Assembly (NCBI RefSeq): GCF_964213995.1
Contig: NC_135820.1
Location: forward strand, 34,286,001-34,350,000
Length of the DNA: 64,000 bases
Direction: 5' to 3'
DNA from: Mustelus asterias
Taxonomy: Eukaryota
Each line of letters opens with the position of its first letter. The stretch's first letter is position 1. A program made the translations under genes and the position numbers. This document shows, piece by piece, positions 13,670-27,400 of the stretch. The notes under the pieces were generated by a model, which saw only the letters and a program-made list of their open reading frames with translations, ran no database searches and was not told where the DNA came from.

Positions 13670-14190
13670 ATGATTTGATTTGATTTAATTTGATTTATTA
13701 TTGTCACATGTATTAGTATACAGTGAAAAGTACTGTTTTTTATGCGCTAAACGGACATAGGGAAGGAAAGGAGAGAGTGCAGAATGTAGTGTTACAGTCA
13801 TAGTTAGGGTGTCGAGAAAGATCAACTTAGTGAGAGGTAGGTCCATTCAAAAGTCTGATGGCAGCAGGGCAGAAGCCGTTTTTGAGTTGGTTGGTACATG
13901 TTCTCAGACTTTTGTATCTTTTTCCCAATGGAAGAAGGTGGAAGAGAGTATGTCCGGGGTGCGTGGGGTCCTTGATTATGCTGGCTGATTTTCCAAGGCA
14001 GCGGGAAGTGTAGACAGAGTCAATGGATGGGAGGCTGGTTTGCGTGATGGACTGGGCTTTGTTCACAACCCTTTGTAGCTTATTGCGGTCTTGGACAGAG
14101 CTGGAGTTGTGATATAACTGGAAAGAAAACTTTCTATGGTGCATCTGTAGGAGTTGGTGAGAGTTGTAGCGGGCATGCTAAATTTCTTTT
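13670..14190 (-). mobile_element. Rex1/Babar-type LINE 3' fragment
   Basis: LQRVVNKAQSIT...DPTHPGHTLFHLLPLGKRYKSL C-terminal RT block; (TCAAA)n tail. Confidence 0.8.
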
Positions 14191-15258
14191 GTCTTCTTTG
14201 ACACTTCTATGTACCAAGATTTGTCACCAAATTTGCCTTCCCCAATTACTCACCCAGCTTCCCACATCACAGTTTCAAAATTCATTTTTTAAGTGCATTT
14301 GCTATATAGGAAGCAAAAATCATTTGTTGGGTATAGGTGCTGAATTCCAATCCGCCACATCTCACTTGAATCTTCCAGGCACCTTTTGCCTTGTACATCA
14401 TTTCACTAATCTTCATTCAAGTCTGTTCTTCCTCCGTGTAGCAGTGTGAATAATACATAAAATTGGTCAAAATGTGTTACAGAGAAAACTGGCAGAGAGA
14501 AAGAAATCAGGAAAGCAGAGGAACACTGACAGCGTAAACAAAGTAACTGCGAAAATCAATAAGGATCAGAAGACAGGAAAATAGAAATGAAAGAAATAGA
14601 AGGCTGAATTGTATGGGGGCAAGACGGAGGCGGGCAGGCATGAAGATTTGTATGGCCGAATGTTTACCAGCATCATCGGATCCCCAAGTCATCTCCCCAA
14701 AGGCGGAATGAGGGCCAGAATGGCTACCCTCTGCAACTGGTGGCTATTGCCAATTAAAGGAAATTAATGGCCTAATAAGACCTATTGGCAGAGGCTGACT
14801 AGAAATTTTCAGTCAGCCTACAGGTTCCTCGATACATCCGAGACTAGGCCAGCTGCCTGGAGGTGACCTGCCAGCACCAGACCAGGGGGCCAGCACAGAA
14901 GTCAGGCTTTGTGGTCTTCCCTACCTGCCTGGCCACAGCTGCAGCTGTAGGTCACCCCATGGAGGGGCTCTCCCTCCACAATGGTGGCCCGGCAACTGAG
15001 CCCATTAATTATTTCAAAACTTAGAAGAGTTGGCTCAGAGGGCACCTGAGGTTGGAGGTTTCCCTCCCTCCCCCGCCTTCTCTTGCCTGAACTACAGGCA
15101 AGTTGCAGTAAAGATAAATTGGATAGCATGTCCATAACAGAATCTGTCTTGTTTTCCTTCTAAACAGAAAGTCAATTAGGCCAGCTTTTTTGTTTCTGTG
15201 TGATCCTCACAGTCTGATTTTCCTCTCAGTGTTCCACAGAGATGAAGCTTTTCATTGA

Positions 15259-15924
15259 AACATAGAAGGAGGCCATTCGGCCCATCGAGCCTGCACTGAC
15301 TACAATCCCACCCAGGCCCTATCCCCAAAACCCCACATTTTACCCTGTTAATCCCTCTAACATACACACCCCGAGACACTAAAAGGCAATTTAGCATGGC
15401 CAATCAACCTAACATGCACATCTTTGGACTGTGGGAAGAAACTGGAGCACCCGAAGGAAACCCAAACAGACACGGGGAGAATGGGTGGCACGGTAGCACA
15501 GTGGTTAGCACTGCTGCTTCACAGCTCCAGGGACCTGGGTTCGATTCCCTGCTCAGGTCACTGTCTGTGTGGAGTTTGCACATTCTCCTCGTGTCTGCGT
15601 GGGTTTCCTCCGGGTGCTCCGGTTTCCTCCCACAGTCCAAAGATGTGCGGGTTAGGTTGATTGGCCATACTAAAATTGCCCCTTAGTGTCCTGAGATGTG
15701 TAGGTTAGACGGATTAGCGGGTAAAATATGTGGGGTTAGGGCCTGGGTGGGATTGTGGTCGGTGCAGACTCGATGGGCTGAATGGCCTCTTCCTGCACTG
15801 TAGGGTTTCTATGATTTCTATGAATGTGCAAACTCCACACAGGCAGTGACCCAAGCCAGGAATTGAACCAAGGCCCCTGGAGCTGTGAGGCAGCAGTTCT
15901 AACCACCATGCCACCATGCCACCC
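15259..15924 (-). mobile_element. HE1-type V-SINE split by an antiparallel HE1 copy
   Basis: Outer halves 15259-15483 and 15822-15924 are contiguous in the consensus. Confidence 0.85.
15484..15821 (+). mobile_element. Full-length HE1-type V-SINE, nested, TSD GAATG
   Basis: Complete head, core and tail; GAATG at 15479-15483 and 15822-15826. Confidence 0.9.
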
Positions 15925-16111
15925 CATGCAGTAAAAATGAATCCTACCCTACTCAGGAAATATTTCAGCAGCAACCAAGGGCCAAACGAAACTGAATATT
16001 TGACAATCTAAGTTGAGTTTGTTTATACTTGTTAATATTAAAGTGGTGCTCTGAATATATGTTGTATTGATGTTTCCATTACGTCAATCAGTATATTGTT
16101 CAATTCTGCAG

Positions 16112-16198
16112 GAACATGCTCCCCACTCCATTCATTGTGTCCTGGTATTGACAGACAAGGAGGCAACTCTCAAACTGGAGAAATGTCCAGGAGTATCT
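16112..16198 (+). CDS. RhoGEF exon D EHAPHSIHCVLVLTDKEATLKLEKCPGVS
   Basis: Acceptor ttctgcAG, donor gtaagt; 87 nt, phase 0/0. Confidence 0.85.
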
Positions 16199-16869
16199 GT
16201 AAGTGCTGTTTAAACTACTTGAGAAATCCAAGTAGAATGGTAAACTAATTTTAACTTGACTTCTCCTGTGAAAGAATGTTTCTTTAAAATGAAAATGGTA
16301 TTTATTAGTTCCTCATGGAGCAGGAATATTGGCGTTTTGTGCTTTCCATTTACATATTTCTACCCTTCATTCAGGAGTTGATCCGAGTTGGGCAATAGTC
16401 ACTCACCATGTTACTCGAAACTAGCTTGGCATCATGGCAATGATATTTTTGTGCCAACTTCTCTACCCCTACCCTTCAATGCATCCCAGCAATCATCAGG
16501 ACTGAGTTGAGCAATACAACTGAAAACTGTCTAGGAAAGGGTGCTTGAAGCAAGGGTTAGGACTTAAAGGAGGACGCCAAATGGTATATTTTGCTACAAT
16601 AACATTAGAATACAATGCTGCAGATGCCAACAACATGAAGTTAAGGCAGAAAATACTGGCTCAGCAAGCTCGGCAGCAGCTGTGGAGGGAGGAAAATGGA
16701 GTTAACATTTCAGGCCGATGGCCTTTCATCAGAGCTGGATTTCAAGATGTAAGAGGTAGAGGCAGGGAAAGTATGATTGGCTATTAGACAAGAGAGACAG
16801 AAGGGTTGATGGGGTGCAAGGGAAAAGGAGAGAGCAACAGAACAAATAAAAGTTGCCTCTAAATGTAAA

Positions 16870-17240
16870 TGATAAAATGCCTACGGTCGGTGAGCCAAGC
16901 CTCATTGTCATATAAGAAGAGTGGTGTGACAAAAACAACATTGTCCTTTGTCCTGTAATAGAGATCCCTGTTGCAAAGGTCTGGCTATGCAATGTTTGGA
17001 TGGCTTTGCTGACACAGTTGGTTCTCTGCTTGTTCTCCTCTTTGATGGTGGTCTTTTGAGAAAGATAGCTGCCGAGATATGGGAACAGAGAGAGAGAGAG
17101 AGAGATGGCAGTGAGACTGATTGTGTCATCCAGCAGAGGCACTCTGACGCTGTGGAATTTTCCATCAGTGTTTCTCCCAAGATGCTCAAAGTGGGAAGAC
17201 AGTTGAATGAACTCCAGCAGCTGATTTCTCGAGCACCGCA
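16870..17240 (-). mobile_element. RTE-clade LINE fragment containing an (AG)n microsatellite
   Basis: FPYLGSYLSQKTTIKEENKQRTNCVSKA resembles the RTE F-YLGS...EI-RI-AS-AF block. Confidence 0.6.
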
Positions 17241-17264
17241 ACAATAATGGTATAGAATCGGCTC

Positions 17265-17900
17265 AATCACTGATTCCCACTATCAACATCCTGGGGATCA
17301 CTGCACCAATGATATAACTACTGTGCCTACAACAGCAAGTCAAAGGATGGGAATTCTAGTACAGCACCTGCCTCTGCAAAACCTGCCTACAATCTATAAG
17401 GTACAAGTCAGGAGTGTGATGGAATATTCTCCATATGCCTGGATGGGTGTAGCTCCAACAACTGTCAAGAAACGTTTCACCATCCAGAACAAAGCAGCCC
17501 ACTTGATAGGCATCTTTTCCAATACTTTCAACACTCACTCCCTCCTCCGACACACAGTGGCAGTAGTGTATACCTCTACAGGATGCACTGAGGGAACTCA
17601 ACTCCGACAGCATCTTCCAAACACTTGATCTCCACCAAATAGAAGCACAAGGGCAGCAGCACATGGGAACAGAACCACCTGGAAGTTCCCCTCCAAGCCA
17701 CTCACCACCCTGACTTGGAAATATATGGCCGTCCCTTCACTGTCTCTGGGTCAAAATCTTGAAACTCCCTTCCTAACAACACTGTGGGTGTAACTACACC
17801 ACATAGACTGCAGCGGTTCAAGAAGACAGCTCATCACCACCTTCACAAGGGCAATTAGGGATGGACAATAAATGGGAGCGATGCTCAGATCCCATGAACG
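17265..17900 (+). mobile_element. L2/CR1-group LINE 3' fragment (tail GGGCAATTAGGGATGG)
   Basis: TIYKVQVRSVMEYSPYAWMG...IQNKAAHLIG. Confidence 0.75.
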
Positions 17901-18335
17901 AAGAAATCAAAAGAAGATTCATTTCAATGGGCTCCATCTTGAAGTCCCATTTAATTTCTCTTCATTCCCGCCTATTTTTGAAATTGGGTAATTGGAAAAT
18001 GTAAGGGAAGGATAATTGGGACATTTCATCTTCTCAAGAAATGTCTGTCATTTGTCATGCATTTACAGCATTGCACAGACATTTAGGTATTTTGTTCTAT
18101 TTGATTGAACACAATGAAAGCATATCCATTTGGAATCTCGTGTGTCTGTAACCCCTGATGATCCTGTCATTAATTTAAATTGATGAAATCTCAGTGTTTG
18201 TGGACCCACTACTTCCCAGCTCAGTCCAGGTTAAGGAATTGGTCTTTATAGGATTAAGACATTCTCTTTAATCTTTAGCTGTTCTTTAGTGTATAACTTC
18301 TACTTATATGATGCATATTGTTTTTGCTTTATCAG

Positions 18336-18452
18336 ATTGAAGTTTTGACTTCCTGGAAAGCCATGCATAAGTTCATTGACAGCAACCAGCTAACTGAGAA
18401 TCTTGAGGGCAGATTTCCTTACAATCACTCTGAGTGGATTCAATTCCGTACG
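18336..18452 (+). CDS. RhoGEF exon E IEVLTSWKAMHKFIDSNQLTENLEGRFPYNHSEWIQFRT
   Basis: Acceptor ttttgctttatcAG, donor gtcagt; conserved QLTxxLxGxFPYxHxxW motif at the end of the Sec14-like region. Confidence 0.92.
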
Positions 18453-20689
18453 GTCAGTAATACATCACTAAGAAACTTTATTACTCTCAATAGATCACAA
18501 AAACATAGATTATGTTACATTTTTGTATTCATATCAATCATTCCAAAACAATGATAAATATATTTCTTTTATTGATTGCACCTCTTTAGATGTGAAACCC
18601 TATTGTTTGAATCATAATTCAGTTAATTATGTACCATTGGCACATCACTTATACTTCTTATGTTGTCCAAATTGGGCCTGCATTGGGTTGGTTAGTCTGG
18701 ACCATGAAGGATCATGGGTGAATATGTGAGGAATGTTTGTCGACCTGGGGTGCAAAAGGCCATACAGAGTAACATCTTTGGAACAAGATGACTTTTTTTT
18801 TCTTGGAATGTGGGAGTCATAGATAAGGTTATATTTATAACTCATCCCTAATTGTATGAGGATGTGGGTCTTCTCGTTGAACAAATGCAGTCCTCAAATT
18901 GACTCCTGCAATAGTATTAGGCAAACAGTTGTATAATTCTGACCCAGGGACACAAAGTGCAGTGATGTGGGCCCAAGCCGGGCTGGTGCGTGACTTGGAG
19001 TGGAGGCTGGAGTTGTGATCTTTCCATAACATTGCCACACTTATTCTTCTTGGTGGTAAATGCTGCAGAAGAGACAGGTGATTGTGTGCTGGAAGGGCAG
19101 TGTTTCCCTCATAATATCCTCCAGTTTCTGGCTAAGAGCTTTCCCTGCCAAGGTGGCCACAGGAAGTGACATGAAAGACTGATGAGGAATTGGTGCAATG
19201 AGGATCAACTGTGCAGCCTTCTCAGACTGTATAAGCAGAGTACTGATTTCTGACATGGGAAGCCCATTGGTGAATGAGAGGAGGGCTACCCTGAGGGGTG
19301 GGGTGGGGGGATACATTAGGTATTGATTTCCTTTTTTTTGTTTTGGTGTGTGTCTGAAGACCTGTAAATAAACAATCACCTTTTATATTGTATCTGGACA
19401 ACTGTGAGCTATTGAACTGGGAGAACACCCACCCCATCTAACGTAATCCCCAGTCCCTGGAGACATTGCATAGCCATTGACTTGATTTTTCTTTCTGGGC
19501 TGGGAGGGCTCAGGGTTGACCTATTCATTATTGTGCACTTAGTTTATATCCTGCTTTCGTAGCCATGGTGTAAATATAGGCCTAGTTGATTCTCTGTTGA
19601 ACCTCCCGGGGAGGATCTATCGTCTAAAAATGAATTAATTGGTCATGGATTACATTGTGTCTGTGGCACCTTGCTATGTAGAAATTTTCTATCTATTTGC
19701 CGATAAAATGACAGTGTCTATAGTTTACAAACAATTTGTTCAGTGTGAATAGCTTTTGAACAGCCTGGGAACGTGAAAGGAACTATATATAATTTGAAAT
19801 GATGGTTACCAGAGCAATGAGGCAACACAAAACCTTAGAGAATTGCCCAATTACACTGTAGACTATATCACTGAACCACATCGTTTCTGTACCCTCCAAT
19901 TCACTTCCACAATGCCTCTCCTGAGAAATGCTGTGGAAATGTAAAGGCTTTTCTGTCAACTTAAAAAAAAAATCTTGTTCAGAAAAGGCAGTTTTTCCTG
20001 AATGTTCAGATTTATAGAGGATCTTGACATGAAGTGCAGATAGCCACATGGGAAATATCATTTTGTGGTAATGACAGAGACCTTGCTCAAAAAAAACCTG
20101 GACACAACACTAAATATTCCTAGGTTTTTCTTCTGAGGTCAGGAGCTTGGAGAACTTCCAGGCCCCAACCCGAAACTGAGATGGAATCAAACATTCTTTT
20201 TGGTGCCTCGCCACTTAATGGCGAGTTAAGGATGGCACATAAGGCTGGAGGATCTATTGAAGACCTTCCAGCAATACTGGAGAGAGAGTGAGAGATGGGG
20301 TGTCTCTGTCTCAGCGCAGAAGAGGCCACAGCTGCCAGGTCATCCTTGTGGAGAATAAGCCCCTCCACAGGGCAGCCTGAGGTCATGGTTGGAGCCATCA
20401 TGGTATGGTGACTGTGGGAGGGATGGTTTAAGGATCTCTGCTGGCTCTATCACCGGGGTGCACTCTTCTCTGACTGACTGTGCTTTGGCCATCGCAGCCA
20501 AGTCTGCCAAGTGAAACATTCCAGTTGTCATGGGAGAGGTGCCTACATCTTCATTGGCTATCCACTGCTTGTAGCTGGGTCACCGCTTTGTCCTCACCCA
20601 AAATTAGAACCAAAGGTTGGCAGGCACGATAAATGCCTTTACAGAGGAGATGATGGAGGGTACAGTCAAGGTTCATTCCTATGAAAGAA

Positions 20690-21530
20690 AAATGGATGCA
20701 GCAGCCAAAGCCCAGAGCTCCCTGGATGATGAAAGAGACAGTAAAGAGGATATATCAGGTTGAAAATGCAAAAAGAATCAAGCTGAATAGAGAAAATTCA
20801 GAGGGGAAGTGAAAAAAGAAATTGAGAGGCAATGAAGGAATGTGAGGAAAGGCTGACAACCAATTGAAAAGGGAATAAAAAGTAAGGAGTTGTCAGAGGA
20901 GGAGTGGGACTGCTTATCGATGGAAAAGGGATCTACGCATGGAAGCAGATGGGTGGCTGAGAAACTAAATGAGTGTTTTGCTCCTGTTTGTACAAAGGAA
21001 GAAGATACTGCCCAAGTCATAGTGAGAGAAGGTGGTTGAAACACTGGATGGGCTAACAATTGATAAAAGAGGAAAAATGAGAAAGGCTAGCTGTACTTAA
21101 AGTTGCTAAGTCAACAGGGCCTGGTCAGATGCATCTGAGGATGCTCAGGGAAGTAAATGTGGAAATTGTGGAAGCATTGCCATAATCTTCTAATTCTCCT
21201 TAGACACAGGAGTTTTGCCAGAAAAATGAGAGAATTGCAACGTTACATCTTTGTTCAGAGAAGGATTTTAGGGTGAACCCAGTAACTATAAGCCAGTTGG
21301 TTTAATCTCAGTGGTGAGGAAGTTTATCATCTGGGACAAAGTTAACAGTCACTTGGAGCAGCATGGATTCATTAAAGAGAAACAGCATGCATTTGTTACA
21401 GGCAAATCATGTTCAGCTAATCTGAATGAGTTTTTTGACAGGGTAACGGAGAGGGTTGATGTCGGTAGTACAGTTGTTATGGTGTACAAGGACTTCCAAA
21501 AGACATTTGATAAATGTCACTCAATGCCAT
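20690..21530 (+). mobile_element. Decayed CR1 ORF2 fragment
   Basis: QHAFVTGKSC...FFDRVTERVD...DFQKTFDK. Confidence 0.75.
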
Positions 21531-21869
21531 TTGAGGAAGATAGCCAGCCATGATCTAAGTGAATGGCAGAGCAGGCCGATATGTCGGCTTCCCTCAGAAG
21601 TCCCAGTGTACTAACTTTGTGGGAATTGCCCAAGAAGTCTGACCTTCCAAAAGCAATTCCCCTGCTCTTCCTGAAAAAGTCTCCAACCCTGAGTTAGAGT
21701 CAACGACTTCGAATAGTTCCAACATACTTCACTTAATAGTTACCCAGGAAATGTTAGATAGAAAAATCCTAGTCTAACTCACTTACCTTAGACTCTACTT
21801 CCTTACCCACCTACATATTCACTCAGGAACTCAGACACTCAAATGCTACCACACCAAAAAGCAGTTTAA

Positions 21870-22276
21870 ATGTTCCAGATTTTCAGTGTGTTATTAGTGA
21901 ACACTTATCAAAATAGGACAGTTGGTGCTGCAAAGAGAGGGGTGGCTTGGATTGTGTCCTCCATCCCCAGTGATCCAGTGCTACAAGGAAGCAGTTGGAT
22001 TGAAGTACGCTTCGTATTTCTGAAAAAACCAGGATCAGAAGTCCCAACCAGAAATGTGGAGTTCTGGTGGGGTGCAGGAAAGCAGCAATCTGAGGGTGTC
22101 TGCTGCCTCTCGGAAGATCTGGACCATTGAGCATTGCAATTATATTGAGGCATCTCAGAATGCAGCATGGAGAAATGTTGAATTTGATTGCACTTTCTGC
22201 AATGTTAAATTTGAAATGTTTTTAGTATTTGTTTTATTTTACAAATTTTATGAACCAAGTATACTGAGGAAAAAAG
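21870..22276 (+). mobile_element. Possible Tx1/L1-type LINE 3' end
   Basis: T-rich 3' UTR ending in TTTTATGAACCAAGTATA...AAAAAA; heavily decayed. Confidence 0.35.
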
Positions 22277-24260
22277 TCTGTTGGTGAGGCAGGATGGGGC
22301 TGCTTTCAATACAGAGTTATGAAGCTGTGGTATGATGACGCTATTTATAGCAGTGACCATGTCGGCTAGGTTTAGTTCAAGGAACAGGGGAACAAGGGAT
22401 ATGGGAACACAACTGGCCATTTGGGATTAAGACAACTGCTGCCTTGGAAAGTAAACACCAAGGCGAGTTGTGCTAAGCAAACAGCCCCTGCATTGTAATT
22501 CTATAGAAGACTGAATCTTTAAAGCTTATCTTGTGTCCTTGGCTTATGAAACCTTCACGCAAGTGAAAATATCAATATAATGTTGAGAAGCAAAAGCTAT
22601 ATACTTTACCACCCATACTTTTTCATACAGGTTGTTATTTGGCAGGAGATACAATTGCAACAATTTGTTGATAATTGTTAGTGATCCACATCATGGAGGA
22701 AATTGCAATTTTACAGTATTGAATCTTCAATATAATGATGCCAGATGTTTCTATTCCATCATACGGAGTGCAACAGTTTGCACGAATAAATGTTTATTGA
22801 ATCAAATAGCTACAGGGTAATGGTTTTAATAGAGTTCTTGTAATTAATGCCAGTACAATACCTTTCAGTAATGCAGCCGGGTGTCAAAAGCGTCAGTACA
22901 ACAGTGCCAGATGTTGTCGCTTCATCATGTTGAATGCACTAGAATCTCTATGAATAAACATGCCCTGGAAAATATAATGCCACTGCCATCCCCTGCTTTA
23001 CTCATATTCAAATCCTCACTGTGATGAAAGATTCAAATGCCAGGGGACATGAGAATAAAATTAATCAGTTGATGGAAGAAAAGCCATGCGTAACTTTTTC
23101 ATGTGAATAGTTACAACATTGTGAAAAGATTTCAGAGACTTTATGGAACTGAAAGACATTCCTGCTCCTTTTATGATCAATTTGATCTCCCAGACTAGTT
23201 TTGAGGTATTTTCCTTCTGACCGATGCACCTATTCCTCCCCACCCATTATTGTCAGTGTTTTTCCTTTTTTCCTACCTGCCACAGATAGTTTATTCCTAT
23301 GGGGGTGGGGTGGGTCTAGAAGGATTCAATTATAATGCAACAAACATGGTGAGAATGGGGCAGAATTGATGAGTCAAATGATCTTTTCCTGAGAAAACGA
23401 CAAAAGAAAGGCCATTTGACCAGTTGAAGTACAACCCTTCTAACTCTTCTCTGACAGAAACAGCAGCTCATTTTGATCATCTCCAATGTCAGAAACTTTA
23501 CTGTCAAGCTGAAGGATTTGTTCCAAACATTCAGCACGGAGTAACAACACTTTTTTTCAAACATCTGTTTTCAAACCACTTCAGTCCAATTTCAATCTCT
23601 TGGCTCTACTTTTCCAACTTGAAGTAATCTTGTGGACTTGTCCAATCTTTACCAATAGATATTTAATACGTCAGTGAGACCTCCCTTAAGTCCCTCTAAT
23701 CTTACTTTATATTTCAATTTCTTTTTTATGTGGAAACGGTTATATTGCTCTTTTTGGCATGTAACCAAAATTCAACACTCTATTCCCAGTGTGGTCCGAC
23801 CAATGTATTTAAGTGTTCCAGTATAACTTTATTGCCCTACTATATAATCCAGTCACATCGTCATGAGGCTGAAAGTGATGAGGTAACTACCAATCTCAAG
23901 TTCTTAGTACATCTCTCTGTAAACTCACTCCCATTTGGAGTATACTTGAGTTATATAGATATATTTTAAATAATGGGCAATACTTTATATTTACCCCTGT
24001 TCAAATTTCCAGTTGTCTTGTTGCCAGCAAATTTGATAAACCTACCTCAAGAATATAATTATTTATTGTGGGTTGGGGCAACAGAGTTTCAGAAAGTGAC
24101 TCTTGTTCTGCTTTGAACACATTATGTTATTTGACCTTTATGCCACTATTAACACTTGCTTTACTCTTTAACACTATCATTGCCATTCCCTTTGTCTTGT
24201 GTCCATGACATCTTTGTCATTTAATTTCTACTGACCCCCAACCAATCCCTGCCATATTTT

Positions 24261-24543
24261 AAAGTTTGAAGTTTAATTATTAGTCACAAGTAGGCTGCAA
24301 TGAAGTTACTTGAAAATCCCTTAGTCACCACACTCCGGCGGCTGTTTGGAGGGAAAATTTAGCATGGCTAATGCACCGAACCAGCACGTCTTTCAGATTG
24401 TGGGAGGAAACCGGAGCACCCGGAAGAAACCCACGGGGACAATGTGCAGACTCCACACAGTCAGTGACCCAAGCTGGGAAACGAACCAGGGTCCCTGGCA
24501 CTGTGAGGCAGCTGTGTTAACCAATGTGCCACTGTGCTGCCAC
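24261..24543 (-). mobile_element. V-SINE with alternative (non-CR1) tail
   Basis: HE1-like head and core followed by a GGTGACTAAGGGATTT...CTTGTGACTAATAA tail. Confidence 0.8.
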
Positions 24544-24650
24544 CAATACCTGCTGTGCCTGCTCTTCAACCCACTCTTCAAAAGCATAAAATCCATCACA
24601 TTTCCAGCTCTCTTCAGCTCTGAAGAAGAGTTATACAGACTCAACATTTA

Positions 24651-24926
24651 GGCTGGAATTCTCCATTTCTGCCAGTGGGAATGGAGAACTTAGAATCATA
24701 GAATCCCTACAGTGCAGAAGGAGGCCATTTAGCCCATTGAGCCTGCACCGACAACAATCCCAACCAGGCCCTATCCCTGTAACCCCAAGTAACCTTTGTT
24801 AGCCCCCCTCACACTAAGGGGCAATACACCATGGCCAATCCACCTAACTGGCACACAGCCAAATCTCCATTCACTGCAGAGAATCTTGAGAATCCCAGCC
24901 ACAGACAAACTCAGGGAATTCCGGCC
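24651..24926. mobile_element. MITE (GGCTGGAATTC/GAATTCCGGCC TIR) containing an HE1 3' fragment, inside a Penelope-like terminal repeat
   Basis: TIRs flanked by TA; inverted homolog at ~44872-45007. Confidence 0.6.
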
Positions 24927-26133
24927 TAACTCTGTTTTCCTCTCCACAGAAGTTGCCAGACCTGTTGAGTTTTTTCCCCAGCATTTTCTATTTTTATTTC
25001 CCCAACATTTCCTATTTTTATTTCAGCATCGCAGGTCTAACTGCAATGGAATCTCACCTAACCCCAGTCTGAGGTGCTTCCTGTCCTGGGTCCCACTGCT
25101 TTTTTTTATTAGCTAAGTTCTGATCTAGTTGCTGTGGAGGTAGCACAGACATACACTAATATGCTGAAGAAGTAGATTGTTCATACATTAAAGCATTAGA
25201 GAGATCATACGCTTGTATAATAATGCTTGTTGGTATATTAGCATGTTACAGAATTAATGCAGGGACGCAGTAACAAGGGTAACATTCTAGCTTACTACTG
25301 CACTAAAGGGTAAAGCTTTAAAAGTCCTTGTAATAAATAGCTGAAATATTCAAAGGACCGACTGACATCAACCCCTGAATTCTAACCAGGCACTTTTGGG
25401 CCAAGATTTAATGGAGAGTTGGCAGCTCTGCCTCTGCCAGCCCTGGAAGCTGTAACTCCATTTTACAGTGTTCAGATAATTAGTTGCCTGCGCCAGTGGC
25501 TTGCACAGCACTGAGGCAGAATGTCATACCTCCTAGAACAGTGGGCCAATGAAAAGGCTGGCTGCTCCTCAGTCTCAGCAGCACCACGAGGCCAGGTGGC
25601 CACATTGACACTGCAGAAGGCCCAGGATCAGAGGCATTACAGAACAATTGGAAGGGAAATGAGTGTGGTGGGCTCGCCAGGGCCCGTGAGGCAGGACCTG
25701 GTGAAGGGAGTGGGGGTCCAACTCAAGGCGGTAGGGGAACATTTCAGCCCTTGCTGCTGAGAGCTCTCCATGGGGCTCGAGTGCCTGATCAGAAGGACAC
25801 CCCACCTAGCCTGCAAGAAGGCCATCAGGGGATACCTGGTGGCCTCACCGTTTGGTAAGATGCCACCCATCTCTAATAAAACACAAGCAGCAGTGGGAAG
25901 AGACCCTTAAGTGGCATTTAACTGGCCACTTAAGGACCTCAACTGGTCAGAGTGTGGGAGGGCTCCTACCATCTCTCTTGATGCTGATATCAGGCATCCA
26001 ACCGACTGGAAACATCAAATGAATGAATTCACATTCTTCTAAAAATTGACAGTATTGAGTTTCTGCCACCAGGTGTCAGTCTTGTACTTTGTTATCCTGG
26101 TCAAAACCTTCCATCCTCGTTTGTGGCTGGGGT

Positions 26134-26420
26134 CATAGAATCCGTAGAATCATATAGTGCAGAAGGAGGCCATTCAGCCCATCGAGTCTGCACTGACGAC
26201 AATCTCACTCTATGGCCCTATCTCCATAATCCCATGCATTTACCTTGCCAGCCCTCCTGACAATAAGGGCAATTTTTTAGCATGGCCAATCCACCTAACC
26301 CGCACATCTTTGGAGTGTGGGAGGAAACCGGAGCATCCGGAGGAAACCCACGCAGATACGGGGAGAACGTGCAACTCCACACAGACAGTGACCCAAGCCG
26401 GGAATCAAACCCAGGTCCCG
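26134..26420 (-). mobile_element. HE1-type V-SINE (5' truncated)
   Basis: V-core and tail. Confidence 0.85.
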
Positions 26421-26439
26421 GAAAGGCAGGGATTGATTG

Positions 26440-27400
26440 GATATAGAATGGTGGGAGTTCCTGTCTGACTAATTTAATAACTTTTTTGAAAAGTTAACTA
26501 AATACATTAATGTGGGTAGTGCAGTCGATGTGGTTTACATGGACTTCAGTAAGGCCTTTGACAAGGTCCCACATGGAAGGATGGTCCAAAATGTCCCTTT
26601 GTTCCTCAATACTCCTGAGGGACTGACCTTTCATTGTATATATCCTACCTTTACTAGACCTCCCAAAATGCAAGTCCATAGATCCATGAAGGTGGCAGCA
26701 CAGGTAGATAGGGTGGTGATGAAGGCATATGGAATGATTGCCTTCATTAGCCATGGCATAGAATATAGGAAGAAATCTCACAACACCAGGTTAAAGTCCA
26801 ACAGGTTTATTTGATAGCAAAAGCCACTAGCTTTCGAAGCGCTACTCCTTCTTTATAAAACTTTATAAAACTTTATAAAACATTGGTTAGGCCACAGATG
26901 GAGTATTGTGTGCAATTCTGGTCACCACACTATCAGAAGGACATGAGGGTACAGAGGAAATTCACCAGGATGTTGTCTGGGATGGCAAGTTTCAGCTCTG
27001 AGAAGAGACTGGATAGGCTGGGTTTGTTTTCCCTGGAGCAGAGGAGGCTGAGGGGGAATCTGATAGAGGTATACAAAATTATGAGAGGCATAGATTGGGT
27101 AGCTTATAAGAAATTTTTCCCCATGGCAGAGGTGTCTAAGACCAGAGGGCATAGATCTAAGGTGAGGAGTCAGTAGTCTCGAGGGGATCTGAGGAAAAAT
27201 GTTTTCACCCAGAGGGGATGGAAACATGGAATGCGCTGCCTGAGAAGGTGGTGGAGGCAGGTACTCTCGCAATATTTAAGAAGCATCTGGATGAGCACTG
27301 GGAGTGCTGGTAAATGGGATTAGTATAGATTGGTATTTAATGGTCGGCATGGACATAGTGGGCCAAAAGGCTGTTTCTGTGCAATATGACTCTGTGACTT
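26440..27400 (+). mobile_element. Rearranged CR1 3' fragment
   Basis: DFSKAFDKVPHG and VRPQMEYCVQFW...; internal inversion and a (CTTTATAAAA)3 repeat. Confidence 0.8.

Noticed and set aside
15484-15560. tRNA genes at SINE heads (also at 28652, 31382, 48960, 62783)
   Set aside because: The A/B boxes run directly into SINE cores and no complete cloverleaf is evident.
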